Source: a virus
Length of the DNA stretch: 64,000 bases
Reading direction: 5' to 3' (one strand)
IMG/VR virus record: IMGVR_UViG_3300048592_000418
Span: 1-64,000 of that record
Shown: positions 47,419 to 56,894 of the stretch, piece by piece
Position numbering within the stretch: the first letter of the stretch is position 1
Layout: each line of letters starts with the position of its first letter
Made by a program: the position numbers and the translations under genes
The notes under the pieces: generated by a model
What the model was told of the DNA's origin: nothing
The model's input: the letters and a program-made list of their open reading frames with translations, nothing else
Database searches by the model: none

Positions 47419-47705
47419 AGCGCGTGACACTTCACGAAGCCGAACGCCAGATCGTCGCCGGCACGATTGACCGGCTGACGCAGTGCATGGGAAACCCGGA
47501 TGGGTGGACGCCGGGCGATCAGGCGTTGCTCGAATCAGCGCTGGAAATCCTTGGCGTTCGGCCGCGCGGATTCGGCGGCAAGGCAACCCCGGAGGAAATG
47601 ATCGGATCGGGGAAACCGCCGGCGGCTCCGGAGGAATTCAAAACCGGATGGGCGCCGGAAAACGATGCGGACGATGAAGACGAAATGGACGATCCTTCCC
47701 ACTGA
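47415..47705 (+). CDS. Hypothetical protein with acidic C-terminus
   Basis: ATGA-coupled ORF. Confidence 0.6.
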   Translation: MKRVTLHEAERQIVAGTIDRLTQCMGNPDGWTPGDQALLESALEILGVRPRGFGGKATPEEMIGSGKPPAAPEEFKTGWAPENDADDEDEMDDPSH

Positions 47706-48186
47706 TCGCTTTCTCGAAATCCACGAAGCGGAGCTGAACGCGAAGACGGCCGCGGAGCTGAAGCGGGACGCATGGGCCGGCGACGCGCTGCTTCGCGCGG
47801 CCGTCACGATTATCGTGATCGCGCTCGAACCGAAGGACGCGCAGCGGCGGAACTGGATCGTTTGCCAAGCCGTGAGCAATGAACACATGGCGATTTGTTG
47901 CCGCTCGTTCATGCCGCGCTCGCCGGCGGGACTGAAGCAGAGCACGGCGTAAAACCGCTATCGCGAAGACGTTCACCGACACGGGACGCGGCTCGAAGCG
48001 GCTGTGCTTTACGAATACCGGCGCCGCGGCGGGGCGGAACACGGCGGCATCACGGCCGCGATTGAGATTGCGCGATTCCTGATCTCGAAGACGTGCTTTG
48101 CCCGGACGAACGAAGCGGTAACTGTCCCGATTGACAACACGGCTTTGGCTGCTCTGACTGCCGTGCATGACGCCGAAACGAGCTGA
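47674..48186 (+). pseudogene. Mini-RNase III-like gene interrupted by in-frame TAA (47950-47952)
   Basis: AWAGDALL...AVSNEHMA...STA*NRY...GTRLEAAVLYEYRRRGG, all in one frame. Confidence 0.65.
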
Positions 48187-48805
48187 CGGAATTCCAGTCC
48201 ACTGCGCGCACTCGAAGCTGGTTGAGATCGGCACGTTAAAGCCGCATCCGAAGAATCCCAACACACATCCCGAGCGGCAAGTGAAGTTGCTCGCGAAGGT
48301 GATCAAGCTGAACGGATGGCGTCGCGCCATCGTCGTGTCAGACCGGAGCGGATACATCGTGAAGGGACACGGCACGCTGATGGCCGCGCAGCTCGCGAAG
48401 CTGAAGGAAGTCCCCGTTGACGTTCAGCACTACGAAGACGACGAAGCGGAGATCCGCGATCTGATCGCCGACAACCGGATCCCGGAATTGTCCTATCGTG
48501 AAAACCGCAGTGTCGTCGCGCTGCTTCAGCAGCTCGAAGCGAAGGGACAGGACATCGAATCGGCCGGCTACGCGAACGACGAACTTCAGGCATTGATCGC
48601 GACGCTCGAAGCGAACGTGACGGACGGCGCGCAACGCGCGGGCCGGCGCACGCACAACGAAGCGGACACGATGCTAGTTCTCGGACCGTATCGCGTGAAG
48701 ATCCCGCGGGCGGATTTCGCGAGCTGGCACGAAAAGATCCGTCAGCAAGTCGGCTTCAAAGCTGAAGACGTTCACGCGGAAATCCGGCGCCGGCTGTCCC
48801 TCTGA
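48167..48805 (+). CDS. ParB/Srx N-terminal domain protein
   Basis: LKPHPKNPNTHPERQVKLLAKVI..NGWRRAIVV...IVKGHG...LIADNRIPELS. Confidence 0.9.
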   Translation: MTPKRADGIPVHCAHSKLVEIGTLKPHPKNPNTHPERQVKLLAKVIKLNGWRRAIVVSDRSGYIVKGHGTLMAAQLAKLKEVPVDVQHYEDDEAEIRDLIADNRIPELSYRENRSVVALLQQLEAKGQDIESAGYANDELQALIATLEANVTDGAQRAGRRTHNEADTMLVLGPYRVKIPRADFASWHEKIRQQVGFKAEDVHAEIRRRLSL

Positions 48806-50331
48806 TGAAGCTCGTTCCCGTCAAACTGCTGACGCCGGCGGCATACAATCCGCGCGTCGTTGATCCCGAACGGCTGGCAATGGTCCGGCTGTCGCTGCGG
48901 AAGCTGGGCTGGCTTCTTCCCGTGTTCGCGACGGAGGAAGGCGAGATCCTGAGTGGGCATCAGCGCACGCACGAAGCCGCGGCGCTCGGATACACGCAAG
49001 TTCCCGTTCGGCCGCTCCCACCCATGGCGACGGGGAAGCTGAAGGCGCTGAACATCCTGTTCAATCGTTCCACGAACGACATGGACATTGACGCCGTTCC
49101 GGCGGAGCTGAAGGCGCGCATTTCCGCGGAGGACGTGCGCAAGCTCGCCGCGGCGCTCCCGGATCACCCGATCAGCTCGTTCCCGTGCATGCACGCAAAC
49201 CGGGTGGAGATCGGGCCGCTCGTGAAGGCGAACGCCGGCCGCTGGATTCCCTACGCATACACGGTCGCGAAGTCGCTCGCCGCGCAGGGGATCACGATGC
49301 CGTTGATCGTGGGGCCGGATGACGTGGTGATCAACGGCATCGGCCGGTTGCAAATGCTCGCCGAGCGGAAGGAAGAAACGGCGGAAGCGATTTACCTGCG
49401 CGCGGAGCAAGCGGAGTTCGCGCGGCTGATGCTGAACTTCCTTTCGATGGATTTCGACCTGAAGGCGAAATATGCGGATCTTCTGCGTTACGGCAGTTTT
49501 CGCCGGCTGCGGCGGCAGCGCACCGAACTGGGACGCGGCTTCGTCTTCGCGATCACCGGGAACCGGGCCGCGCGTCATTTCGACATCACGGACGCGGCAT
49601 CGCGCGAGCGCTGGATCGCCGAGCACGGCCGCAACGTGCTGGACTTCGGCGCCGGACACCTGACGGAAACGAACCTGCTTCGCGCCGTTGGCGTGGAATG
49701 CACGCCGTTCGAGCCGTATCGCGTGAACCCGGACCGGGAGGAAATCGACAAGGCGGAATCGCTGCGCGTCGTCCGCGAATTCCTCGCCGCAGTGGAGAGC
49801 AAGCGCGAGTTCAGCAGCATCTTCATCAGCTCCGTCCTGAACTCCGTTCCGTTCGAGGAAGATCGGCGCGCCATCGTGACGATTCTGCGCGCATGCGCCG
49901 GCCGGCGGACGAAGGTTTACGCCGTCGCCAGCAGCGATCAGCAACGCGGGTTGAAAAACATGGGGAAGAAGTTCCTGAATCAGCGTTCGGAGCAATACGG
50001 CTTCATGCTCGCGGGTTACGAACCGAACGTGATCGTCGGCGAGCTGGCGACGAAGCCGAAAGCGCAGAAATACCACACGCCGGACGAGTTCCACGCGCTG
50101 TTCCGGACCGGATTCGGCCGCGTGTCCGTGAAGTATGACGGGGAAGGCGGCGCGAACATCAGCGCGATTGCCTGCGACCCGATGCCGTTCCGCTCGAAGG
50201 CCGATTTCGCGCAGCTCGCCGCGGCGCTGGCGTTCGAGTTTGATCTTCCATACCCGGACGGCTCGCGCATGGGCATGGCGGAGGAAGCGAAGGCGGCGTT
50301 CGGCGAACGGCTGGGGCAGATCATCGCATGA
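48805..50331 (+). CDS. Tandem ParB-like domains fused to SAM-dependent (amino-type) methyltransferase
   Basis: PAAYNPR...ILSGHQR; second ParB-like VINGIGRL; VLDFGAG; FISSVLNSVPF. Confidence 0.85.
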   Translation: MKLVPVKLLTPAAYNPRVVDPERLAMVRLSLRKLGWLLPVFATEEGEILSGHQRTHEAAALGYTQVPVRPLPPMATGKLKALNILFNRSTNDMDIDAVPAELKARISAEDVRKLAAALPDHPISSFPCMHANRVEIGPLVKANAGRWIPYAYTVAKSLAAQGITMPLIVGPDDVVINGIGRLQMLAERKEETAEAIYLRAEQAEFARLMLNFLSMDFDLKAKYADLLRYGSFRRLRRQRTELGRGFVFAITGNRAARHFDITDAASRERWIAEHGRNVLDFGAGHLTETNLLRAVGVECTPFEPYRVNPDREEIDKAESLRVVREFLAAVESKREFSSIFISSVLNSVPFEEDRRAIVTILRACAGRRTKVYAVASSDQQRGLKNMGKKFLNQRSEQYGFMLAGYEPNVIVGELATKPKAQKYHTPDEFHALFRTGFGRVSVKYDGEGGANISAIACDPMPFRSKADFAQLAAALAFEFDLPYPDGSRMGMAEEAKAAFGERLGQIIA

Positions 50332-50483
50332 ACACGAGCTTCCGCATTCCCGGATGGAGTTTTCACGTTCCGATCCCAGTGGGAACGCGCGCAAGCGTCT
50401 GCATCGTCCGCACGAAGAAGCAGAAGCCGAAAATCTATCTGGACGGGAAGCCGGTGAAGGCGCGCGTCCGGCGCACGACATGA
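50328..50483 (+). CDS. 51-aa basic peptide (absent from ORF track)
   Basis: MNTSFRIPGW...; ATGA overlaps at both ends. Confidence 0.55.
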   Translation: MNTSFRIPGWSFHVPIPVGTRASVCIVRTKKQKPKIYLDGKPVKARVRRTT

Positions 50484-50707
50484 CCCCGGCCGCAACGCAT
50501 TTCTGGCGATGGAAGACGCGGCTCCCGGAGCGCAAGGGAACCGGCTGCATCATGCTCGCGCGGGGCCGGCTGAATTCATGCCTGATCCAGTTCGTCGCCG
50601 ACGGCTGGAAGGTGATCACGTCACGCAATGCCGTTCGCAAAGTCGTCGACACGGACAAGCGAAAACAGAACAACGACTTGCACGCCAAAACATCCGCAAA
50701 ACTGTGA
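50480..50707 (+). CDS. Small hypothetical protein
   Basis: WRWKTRLPERKG..C.MLARGRLNSCLIQF.DG.KVITSRNAVRK. Confidence 0.65.
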   Translation: MTPAATHFWRWKTRLPERKGTGCIMLARGRLNSCLIQFVADGWKVITSRNAVRKVVDTDKRKQNNDLHAKTSAKL

Positions 50708-51432
50708 ATTCGTCGACACCCGAAGCCGAAACAGGCGTTCCCGCTCCGCGCGGGCGCTGGGAATTCAACACAGCCGTCGCCGAAAAGTTCGACGAACACG
50801 TTCGGAAGAGCGTTCCGGATTACGAGGCGATCCAGTTCACGGCCGCGGCGCTGTGCGATTGGTTCGCACCGGCCGGCGGAACCGTCATGGACTTTGGATG
50901 CGCGACGGGGCAGACGTTGGGCATGATCGCCGGCACGAATGCCGGGAAATCGCTCCGGCTGGTGGGTTACGATGGCAGCGAAGCCATGATCACGAAGGCG
51001 CAGAACATGCGCGCGAAGGGCATCACGTGGCAACAGGGCTGGCTTCCCGGCTGTCTCGAAATCGGCCGCGATCAGCCGATCAACTTCGCGCTGTTCCTTT
51101 ACACGCTGCAATTCCTGACGCCGGAGGACAGGGCGCGCACGCTGAAAGCGGCGGCGGACCGGCTGGCGCCGGGCGGCGCTCTGTTCGTGGTGGAAAAGGT
51201 CTTCGGCAGCACGCCAGCGTTCCACGATCTGACGAGTCAGCTATACGCGGAAATGAAGCTGACGAACGGGCTGACGCCGGATGAAGTGCAGGCGAAGGCG
51301 CGCAGCCTGCGCGGCGTGATGCATCCGCTGACCGTGGCGGAGAACGAGGCAGCATTCCGCGCGGCCGGGCTGACCCGGCACGAACTGATTTACCGGCGGC
51401 TGTCGTTCGCCGGATGGATCGTGACGAAATAA
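50704..51432 (+). CDS. cmoA: CmoA-like (carboxy-SAM synthase family) protein
   Basis: WEFNTAVAEKFDEHVRKSVPDY, DFGCATG, DGSEAMI, YTLQFL, LAPGGALFVVEK, KLTNG, SLRGVM. Confidence 0.85.
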   Translation: MNSSTPEAETGVPAPRGRWEFNTAVAEKFDEHVRKSVPDYEAIQFTAAALCDWFAPAGGTVMDFGCATGQTLGMIAGTNAGKSLRLVGYDGSEAMITKAQNMRAKGITWQQGWLPGCLEIGRDQPINFALFLYTLQFLTPEDRARTLKAAADRLAPGGALFVVEKVFGSTPAFHDLTSQLYAEMKLTNGLTPDEVQAKARSLRGVMHPLTVAENEAAFRAAGLTRHELIYRRLSFAGWIVTK

Positions 51433-51444
51433 CCCCCGCACCGC

Positions 51445-51729
51445 ATGAAAGACGAAAATCCACCCTCCGAACCGCCGAAGCCGGCGGCGCCGATCACCAT
51501 GCTCGAACTCGAAGAATACCTGTTCGCGCAAACCGCGTCCGACTTCGCGAAACGTTCGAGCGCGGAGCACGCACACGCGCACATCCGGGAATCCTTCCGG
51601 ATGCACCGCTTCTTCGTCTTCACGTGGCTGATGCAGAACGGCGTCTCCATCCCCGTGCATCTCGTCGCGGACGGCGCGCATCCGCCGGTGGGACAGCAGG
51701 CGCCGGACAAACCCGTTTCCCCGTCATGA
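51445..51729 (+). CDS. Hypothetical protein
   Basis: ORF in gene run. Confidence 0.6.
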   Translation: MKDENPPSEPPKPAAPITMLELEEYLFAQTASDFAKRSSAEHAHAHIRESFRMHRFFVFTWLMQNGVSIPVHLVADGAHPPVGQQAPDKPVSPS

Positions 51730-52157
51730 GCGAATTCCGAAACAATTTGCGAAAGGGTGATCGCGTCGTTCACGCGGACACGAAGCGGCCGGGAAGCGTG
51801 GCATTCACGCCAAAGGGCCGGCAGACGGCCGTCACGTGGCAGGGAACGAAGGTTCCCAGTTATTGCGACGTGATGACGCTGCGGCTCGTTCTGGACGATA
51901 AAGGCACGCTGGACGACGTTCCACCCGTTGACGGGGAACCGCCGGCGCTGGAAGGCACGGCCGCGAAGCGCGGGCACGCCGGAAGCATCCCGAAGGCTCC
52001 CGCGGCGCCGGCGAGCGCGCTGGACGCGCTGAAAGCCGAGCGCGACGGCATCGCCGCACGGATGCGAGCGCTCGAAGACGAGTTCCGCGGGCTGAAGCAG
52101 CGGCGCGAAAAGCTGGATCAGGCGATCACCGTCCTGACGGCGCCGGCGGGTGGGTGA
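51726..52157 (+). CDS. Hypothetical protein, SH3-like N-terminus plus coiled coil
   Basis: LRKGDRVVH...; ATGA-coupled. Confidence 0.65.
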   Translation: MSEFRNNLRKGDRVVHADTKRPGSVAFTPKGRQTAVTWQGTKVPSYCDVMTLRLVLDDKGTLDDVPPVDGEPPALEGTAAKRGHAGSIPKAPAAPASALDALKAERDGIAARMRALEDEFRGLKQRREKLDQAITVLTAPAGG

Positions 52158-52160
52158 ACC

Positions 52161-52856
52161 ATGGCCGAAGAAGCGACAGTAAAACCGCCGATTGAACTGA
52201 CGGCCGCGCAGGCGCGCACCGTCCTGAAGGCGAATCGCGCCAACATCCCGAAGCACACGGCCGCGCTGCTGTCCAAGGTCGCGCGGAACAAACCCCTGAC
52301 GGACCGCGAGCGCGGACTGTTGGAAGGCGTTATTGTGAACGCAGAACGGAAACGGCGCGAGGGACAAAACGGGACAAAACGGCGCGCAGGCGCGGACAGA
52401 ATGGGCCGGACGGAGCGGGATTTTGCCGTCGCTGTGCGTCGCCGGCGCGTTCTCGAATGCCGGATGCGCATGCTTCCCGTCCGGGACATCGCCGCAGAGC
52501 TGGGAATCGACAAAAAGACCGTCTGCGCGGATCTGAAGGCGCTGGAAAAGGAGTTCGCAGCGTTCGCGCCGACGGAGAACCGGGCGTTGCTCGCACAGCA
52601 GATCGCGCAAATGGACATCCTGATCGGCGAAAACACGGCGATGGCCGCGAAGTTCACGGCGCCGTCGGCGAAGGCGGCGTTCCTGCGCAACGCAGCGCAG
52701 GCGATGCAGGACAAGACGCGGCTGCTGGAAAACGTCGGCGTGATCAAAGTCGTCCCGAAGGTGATTCACGCGGCCGGGCCGAACGACGGGCCGATCCCCA
52801 TCGAAACGACGGCGAAGATCGTGCTTCTGCCGGCGCTGGAAGAAGGGAAGCAGTGA
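52161..52856 (+). CDS. terS: Terminase small subunit (putative)
   Basis: HTH VRDIAAELGIDKKTVCADLK; C-terminal HAAGPNDGPIPIE. Confidence 0.7.
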   Translation: MAEEATVKPPIELTAAQARTVLKANRANIPKHTAALLSKVARNKPLTDRERGLLEGVIVNAERKRREGQNGTKRRAGADRMGRTERDFAVAVRRRRVLECRMRMLPVRDIAAELGIDKKTVCADLKALEKEFAAFAPTENRALLAQQIAQMDILIGENTAMAAKFTAPSAKAAFLRNAAQAMQDKTRLLENVGVIKVVPKVIHAAGPNDGPIPIETTAKIVLLPALEEGKQ

Positions 52857-53128
52857 GCGGGATCAACGCCATGATTGACCGGGCGTGCGGCGTGACGCCG
52901 GAAATGCGGTCGCAATGGGCGCGCGACGCTGCGGCGCCGAAAATCGTGCTCGCGTGCCAGCGTTGCGGCGCGGAGAAATCGACGACACGGGATCCGGTTT
53001 GGCCGAAGTCTGCGGCGTTCTGTTTGTTCCCGTGCTCGGACTGCATTACGCGCGAGGAACGGCGGAATCTGATTCTGGCGCCGCTGGAATTTTTCGACGC
53101 GCTCGGCGTGCGGATCCCGTTTCCATGA
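52853..53128 (+). CDS. Zn-finger hypothetical protein
   Basis: CQRC...CSDC; GTGA-coupled. Confidence 0.6.
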   Translation: MSGINAMIDRACGVTPEMRSQWARDAAAPKIVLACQRCGAEKSTTRDPVWPKSAAFCLFPCSDCITREERRNLILAPLEFFDALGVRIPFP

Positions 53129-53307
53129 ACCAAAAACGGTTCAACCCGATGCGGTTTGCCGTTGCATGCGCGGCGCTTGGCGCTTTGCTGGCGCTCGTCT
53201 TCTTCACTTGCTGCGGCGAACGCCTGTGCGCATGGCTGACCGATTGGATCGATCTGCGCATTGATCGCGTTGGCCGATGGCTGAACAACGAACCCAAACG
53301 AAAATGA
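53125..53307 (+). CDS. Small membrane protein
   Basis: FAVACAALGALLALVFF. Confidence 0.5.
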   Translation: MNQKRFNPMRFAVACAALGALLALVFFTCCGERLCAWLTDWIDLRIDRVGRWLNNEPKRK

Positions 53308-55049
53308 ACGGAATGCACATCGACACGAGGCGCGAGGGATTTCAGATGACGCGCGAACGCCGGCGCTCGAACGCGGAATGGCCGGCATGGCTGAACGCAG
53401 CATGGAACACCCCGATTGACGAACCGGGCGCGGTTTACCCGGACCCGAATGATCCGGATCGCTCGAACGGGCGCGTTTGCGTCAATGTCCACCCGGACGG
53501 CTGTTCGCGGCAGATAGTCGAATGGAACGAATGGATCATTCGCGAGGCTGACGGCCGGCTGTGGGTGACGGACAGCAGCGATCCGACGATTGCGAACATC
53601 GAAATCGCGGCCGGTCAGGAGCTGAAGCAAGAGCGGCGCGCATACATCGCCGAGAAATTGCTTCAAACGGCGCCGGAATTGGCCGCTGAACTGGACACGC
53701 TCCGCGCCGAGTTGGCCGAAGCAAAATCGAATTACATCGGCGCATGCCAGACAATCGCGGCGATGCATGCCGCGGCCGTGGGTGGAATTCGGGGACCGAA
53801 CCGCGGCGTCGTTGAAGACGTGGCAGACGTTGCCGAGCGGCTTCGCTTGCTCGAACTCTCGCGCACCGATCCCGAAAAAAGTCTCGCCGCGCACGCGATC
53901 CAGTTGAACGCGACGCTGCGCAAGACGCAGGAAGAACTTCAGACCGCGAACGCGCTGCTGGACGGGCTGAAACGGCCGAACCCGGCGGCAATCGATCAAG
54001 TCGTGGAACGGCTTTGGGGGAAGGCTGGCACGAACACGCCGGACACATTCCGGGATGAAGCGCGGCGGATCCTGCGCGAGCACTTCGGCGAGTTCGGCAC
54101 GAATGATCGCGCCGAGCTGGAAAAGCTCCGCGGCTACTATCGCCAGATCGGCGCGACGCTCGGCGATGACGCAGTGATCAGCCGAGTCCGGGCACAGGCG
54201 GACACGATCAACCGGCTGCGCATGGAGCTTTCCGCGCTCGAAACGCTGAAGACGGACACTGAAGCGCACGCGGACAGGCTGGCGTCTGCGCTCGGATGGC
54301 TCGCGAGCACGTGCGGGACGCAGGTTCCGGCCGTGGTGGACGCGCTGCGAGCGCACGCCATGCGACGCGGCGCCGATTTTCAGGACGCCGGGCCGATCCA
54401 GTCGCCGGCGCTGATTCCCGCGCGAAAGCTCCCGGAGGGAACGGCGTTGCTGTATCCGGGCGTTCATCAGGTTCGCGGCGTTATCTGCGCGCGTGACGTG
54501 ATCGTGACGCCGGCGAAGATTCCGGACCGGACGAAGCTCGTGATCTTCGATGGCGTGCTTTTCCACGTCTGGCAGGCGTTCGCGACGGACGCCGGGACTG
54601 TGCTGCTCGCGGCGCCGGATTCTGCCGTGATGGAAACGGACGACGAAGCGGACGCAGCGGAGGCAATGCGGCTCGCGGGAATGGCTGCGACGGATGAACA
54701 CGTGATCGCGCGGCTGCGCGCGTTCCCGCGTCCGCGGCACGTCGGCATTCAGCCGAAGCCGCTCCCGACGCATCCGGTTGACGCGATGAAGGCGATCGGC
54801 ATTCCCATGGATCCGGACGTGGAACGCGATCTTCGTGCGCACTGCGACGCACCTGTTGACGTTTCGGCGATGGACGGCGGGCCGAAGCGAATCGGCGACG
54901 TGCTCGAACAGTGCGGCCGGGAACACGCGGAGGCGATGCAGCGGATTGAAATTCAGCGCGCGCAGTTGAACCCGAACCCGCCGGCGGAACTGGCTCGGCA
55001 GGCGATGGCGAAAGCGCGCGATATAGTCAGCGAAGGGAATCACCCATGA
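53304..55049 (+). CDS. Multi-domain coiled-coil hypothetical protein
   Basis: EGFQMTRERRRSNAEWPAWLNAAW N-terminus; central heptads. Confidence 0.7.
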   Translation: MNGMHIDTRREGFQMTRERRRSNAEWPAWLNAAWNTPIDEPGAVYPDPNDPDRSNGRVCVNVHPDGCSRQIVEWNEWIIREADGRLWVTDSSDPTIANIEIAAGQELKQERRAYIAEKLLQTAPELAAELDTLRAELAEAKSNYIGACQTIAAMHAAAVGGIRGPNRGVVEDVADVAERLRLLELSRTDPEKSLAAHAIQLNATLRKTQEELQTANALLDGLKRPNPAAIDQVVERLWGKAGTNTPDTFRDEARRILREHFGEFGTNDRAELEKLRGYYRQIGATLGDDAVISRVRAQADTINRLRMELSALETLKTDTEAHADRLASALGWLASTCGTQVPAVVDALRAHAMRRGADFQDAGPIQSPALIPARKLPEGTALLYPGVHQVRGVICARDVIVTPAKIPDRTKLVIFDGVLFHVWQAFATDAGTVLLAAPDSAVMETDDEADAAEAMRLAGMAATDEHVIARLRAFPRPRHVGIQPKPLPTHPVDAMKAIGIPMDPDVERDLRAHCDAPVDVSAMDGGPKRIGDVLEQCGREHAEAMQRIEIQRAQLNPNPPAELARQAMAKARDIVSEGNHP

Positions 55050-55867
55050 TCGCACTCACATTCACTCGCACCGAATGGGCGGCGTTCGGCATGGGCGCCG
55101 GCGTCGTCATTCTTCTGTTCCTGATCGCGGCCGGTCTGCTGTTCTGGCACTGGGGAAGAACGATCCCGCCGGAGTTTCGCGAGAAACCGCCGGGACCGCC
55201 GGAGCATCAGAACTGCCGATGCGTGCCGCGGCCGGAGCTGACGCCGGACGAGCGGGATCGGATGACTCACGGCCGATTTGAGAACACCCCGGATCCGAAA
55301 CGTGACACGCTGGGGCTGATTCTGGCGCGAATGTTCATCTTCGTCCCGACGGAAGGGCCGGCGGCGAACACGCGACGGCTGATCGATGGCGCCGAAGCGC
55401 AGGCGATGGCGCTCGGCGTTTACAAGGAACCGGCGACGGTGATCCGCATGCTCTCGAACCTTCAGCGCGGGGAATGCGCGTGCGTCAGTGTCGCCGGCGG
55501 CATGCTCGAACGGCCGCGCAAGCTCGGCGAGGTTCCGCATCCGACGCCGGGACGGGACAACGTGTCCCCGCTGCGCAATCACCCGGAACTCGCGGAGGAT
55601 CCGCAATACATCCGGCAATGCCTGCGCTCGCGGGACATGGCGGAGGACTACGCAGCGCGCACCGGACGCCGGCCGGAGCTGTTCGGCTTGCGCTCGGCGG
55701 CGGGAAGCGGGATCCTGCTGACGCGCAAGCGGGCCGTGGAATTCGCTGCGAAGCATTATCCGCCGTCCGGCGCCGAAGACATCATTGCCAGTCTCGCGCG
55801 CGGCGCATGCAGTCGCGTTGACGTTGGCAGCGGCACGATCACGAGGTTCGAGCTGACGGCGAGCTGA
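55046..55867 (+). CDS. Membrane-anchored protein with internal repeat
   Basis: N-terminal TM; PPEHQNCRC; duplicated L.RG.C..V.V..G...R unit. Confidence 0.6.
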   Translation: MIALTFTRTEWAAFGMGAGVVILLFLIAAGLLFWHWGRTIPPEFREKPPGPPEHQNCRCVPRPELTPDERDRMTHGRFENTPDPKRDTLGLILARMFIFVPTEGPAANTRRLIDGAEAQAMALGVYKEPATVIRMLSNLQRGECACVSVAGGMLERPRKLGEVPHPTPGRDNVSPLRNHPELAEDPQYIRQCLRSRDMAEDYAARTGRRPELFGLRSAAGSGILLTRKRAVEFAAKHYPPSGAEDIIASLARGACSRVDVGSGTITRFELTAS

Positions 55868-56103
55868 TGCCGCTCGCGCGAATGCATGTCATCCCAGTCG
55901 GCGGAGCGGAGCCGGTTCACGTCGCTTCGCCGAACTGCTGGTGTTATCCCGCGGTGAAGACGCTCGAAAACCCGGCGCCGGCATATCATCCGGACATGAT
56001 TGTTCACAACGCCGACGATAAGCGCGAGCGTTGGGAACAGGTGACAGGACGGCCGCGCGATCCCGGCGCGAAATGGGTGAACGTCTGCGAAGAAGTCCCG
56101 TGA
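55867..56103 (+). CDS. Small metal-binding protein
   Basis: HV.P...H....CWC.P....IVHN..D.RE. Confidence 0.6.
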   Translation: MPLARMHVIPVGGAEPVHVASPNCWCYPAVKTLENPAPAYHPDMIVHNADDKRERWEQVTGRPRDPGAKWVNVCEEVP

Positions 56104-56894
56104 GGAACATCCGCCGGCACAATTTGGACGAACCCCGGCCGCGACACGTCGAAAAGGCCGCGCGATCACCCGAAACCGCCGCGCGACGGCCGGAAAAGGT
56201 CGCGCAACCCGTGGAAACGGCACCGCGAACGGCCGCGGAGCCGGTGCGATACCCTCCGGAATTCGTCGGACCGCCGGCGCTCGAAGGCTACGCTCGCGCG
56301 CATTTCACGCGCTGGGGATGGCGCACGGAGATCCCGCGGGACAGGTTCGCGCGGATCGGCAAATGGGGCGAAACCGGGATTCAGGGAATCGGGCCGAACG
56401 GCCGGATCCTGTGCCTGTGCGGCTGCGGCCGGGAAGTTCCCGTGTCGAAACGGCACACGACGAAGTTCCGGCCGGGCTGCTGGGAGGAATGGGCGAAGGT
56501 TCACGACGCGAGCACGGTCCGACGGCACGTCTGGAAGCGGGACAAGGGCGTTTGCGCGGAATGCAGGGTGGACACCGAAGCGCTGAAGCGCGAGACGGCC
56601 GCGAAGCTCGGCGAAGACGTGCGGCGCAACTGGGACGGGAATTTTTACTTCGTCGGCTTCAGCCGCGCGGCGCGCCGGGCCCACCATATCCCGCCGGGAT
56701 TCCCGGACGTTGATCGCGCATGGTGGGAAGCCGATCACCGCGTCCCGGTGATCGAAGGCGGCGGGCTGTGCTCACTCGAAGGCATGCGGACGCTGTGCAT
56801 CCCCTGTCACAAAAAGGCGACGGCCGCGCTTGCTGCTAGACGCGCCGCGGCGCGCGTTCCACCCTCCGCGGAATGCCAGCTTCAACTTTCCTGA
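56100..56894 (+). CDS. HNH endonuclease
   Basis: RDKGVCAEC...WEADHRVPVIEGGG...RTLCIPCHKKAT. Confidence 0.88.
   Translation: MRNIRRHNLDEPRPRHVEKAARSPETAARRPEKVAQPVETAPRTAAEPVRYPPEFVGPPALEGYARAHFTRWGWRTEIPRDRFARIGKWGETGIQGIGPNGRILCLCGCGREVPVSKRHTTKFRPGCWEEWAKVHDASTVRRHVWKRDKGVCAECRVDTEALKRETAAKLGEDVRRNWDGNFYFVGFSRAARRAHHIPPGFPDVDRAWWEADHRVPVIEGGGLCSLEGMRTLCIPCHKKATAALAARRAAARVPPSAECQLQLS

Noticed and set aside
47950-47952. Genome-wide stop-codon reassignment
   Set aside because: TAA, TAG and TGA all end clear genes elsewhere (e.g. terL TAA, portal TAG, muF TGA)
48167-50331. ParB genes as a partition system for the parS site
   Set aside because: No parS-binding HTH recognised, no ParA, fused to a methyltransferase and 38 kb from parS
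48772-55055. Long minus-strand ORFs (817 and 669 aa; also 10358-12235)
   Set aside because: Antisense shadows of GC-rich plus-strand genes with no recognisable motifs
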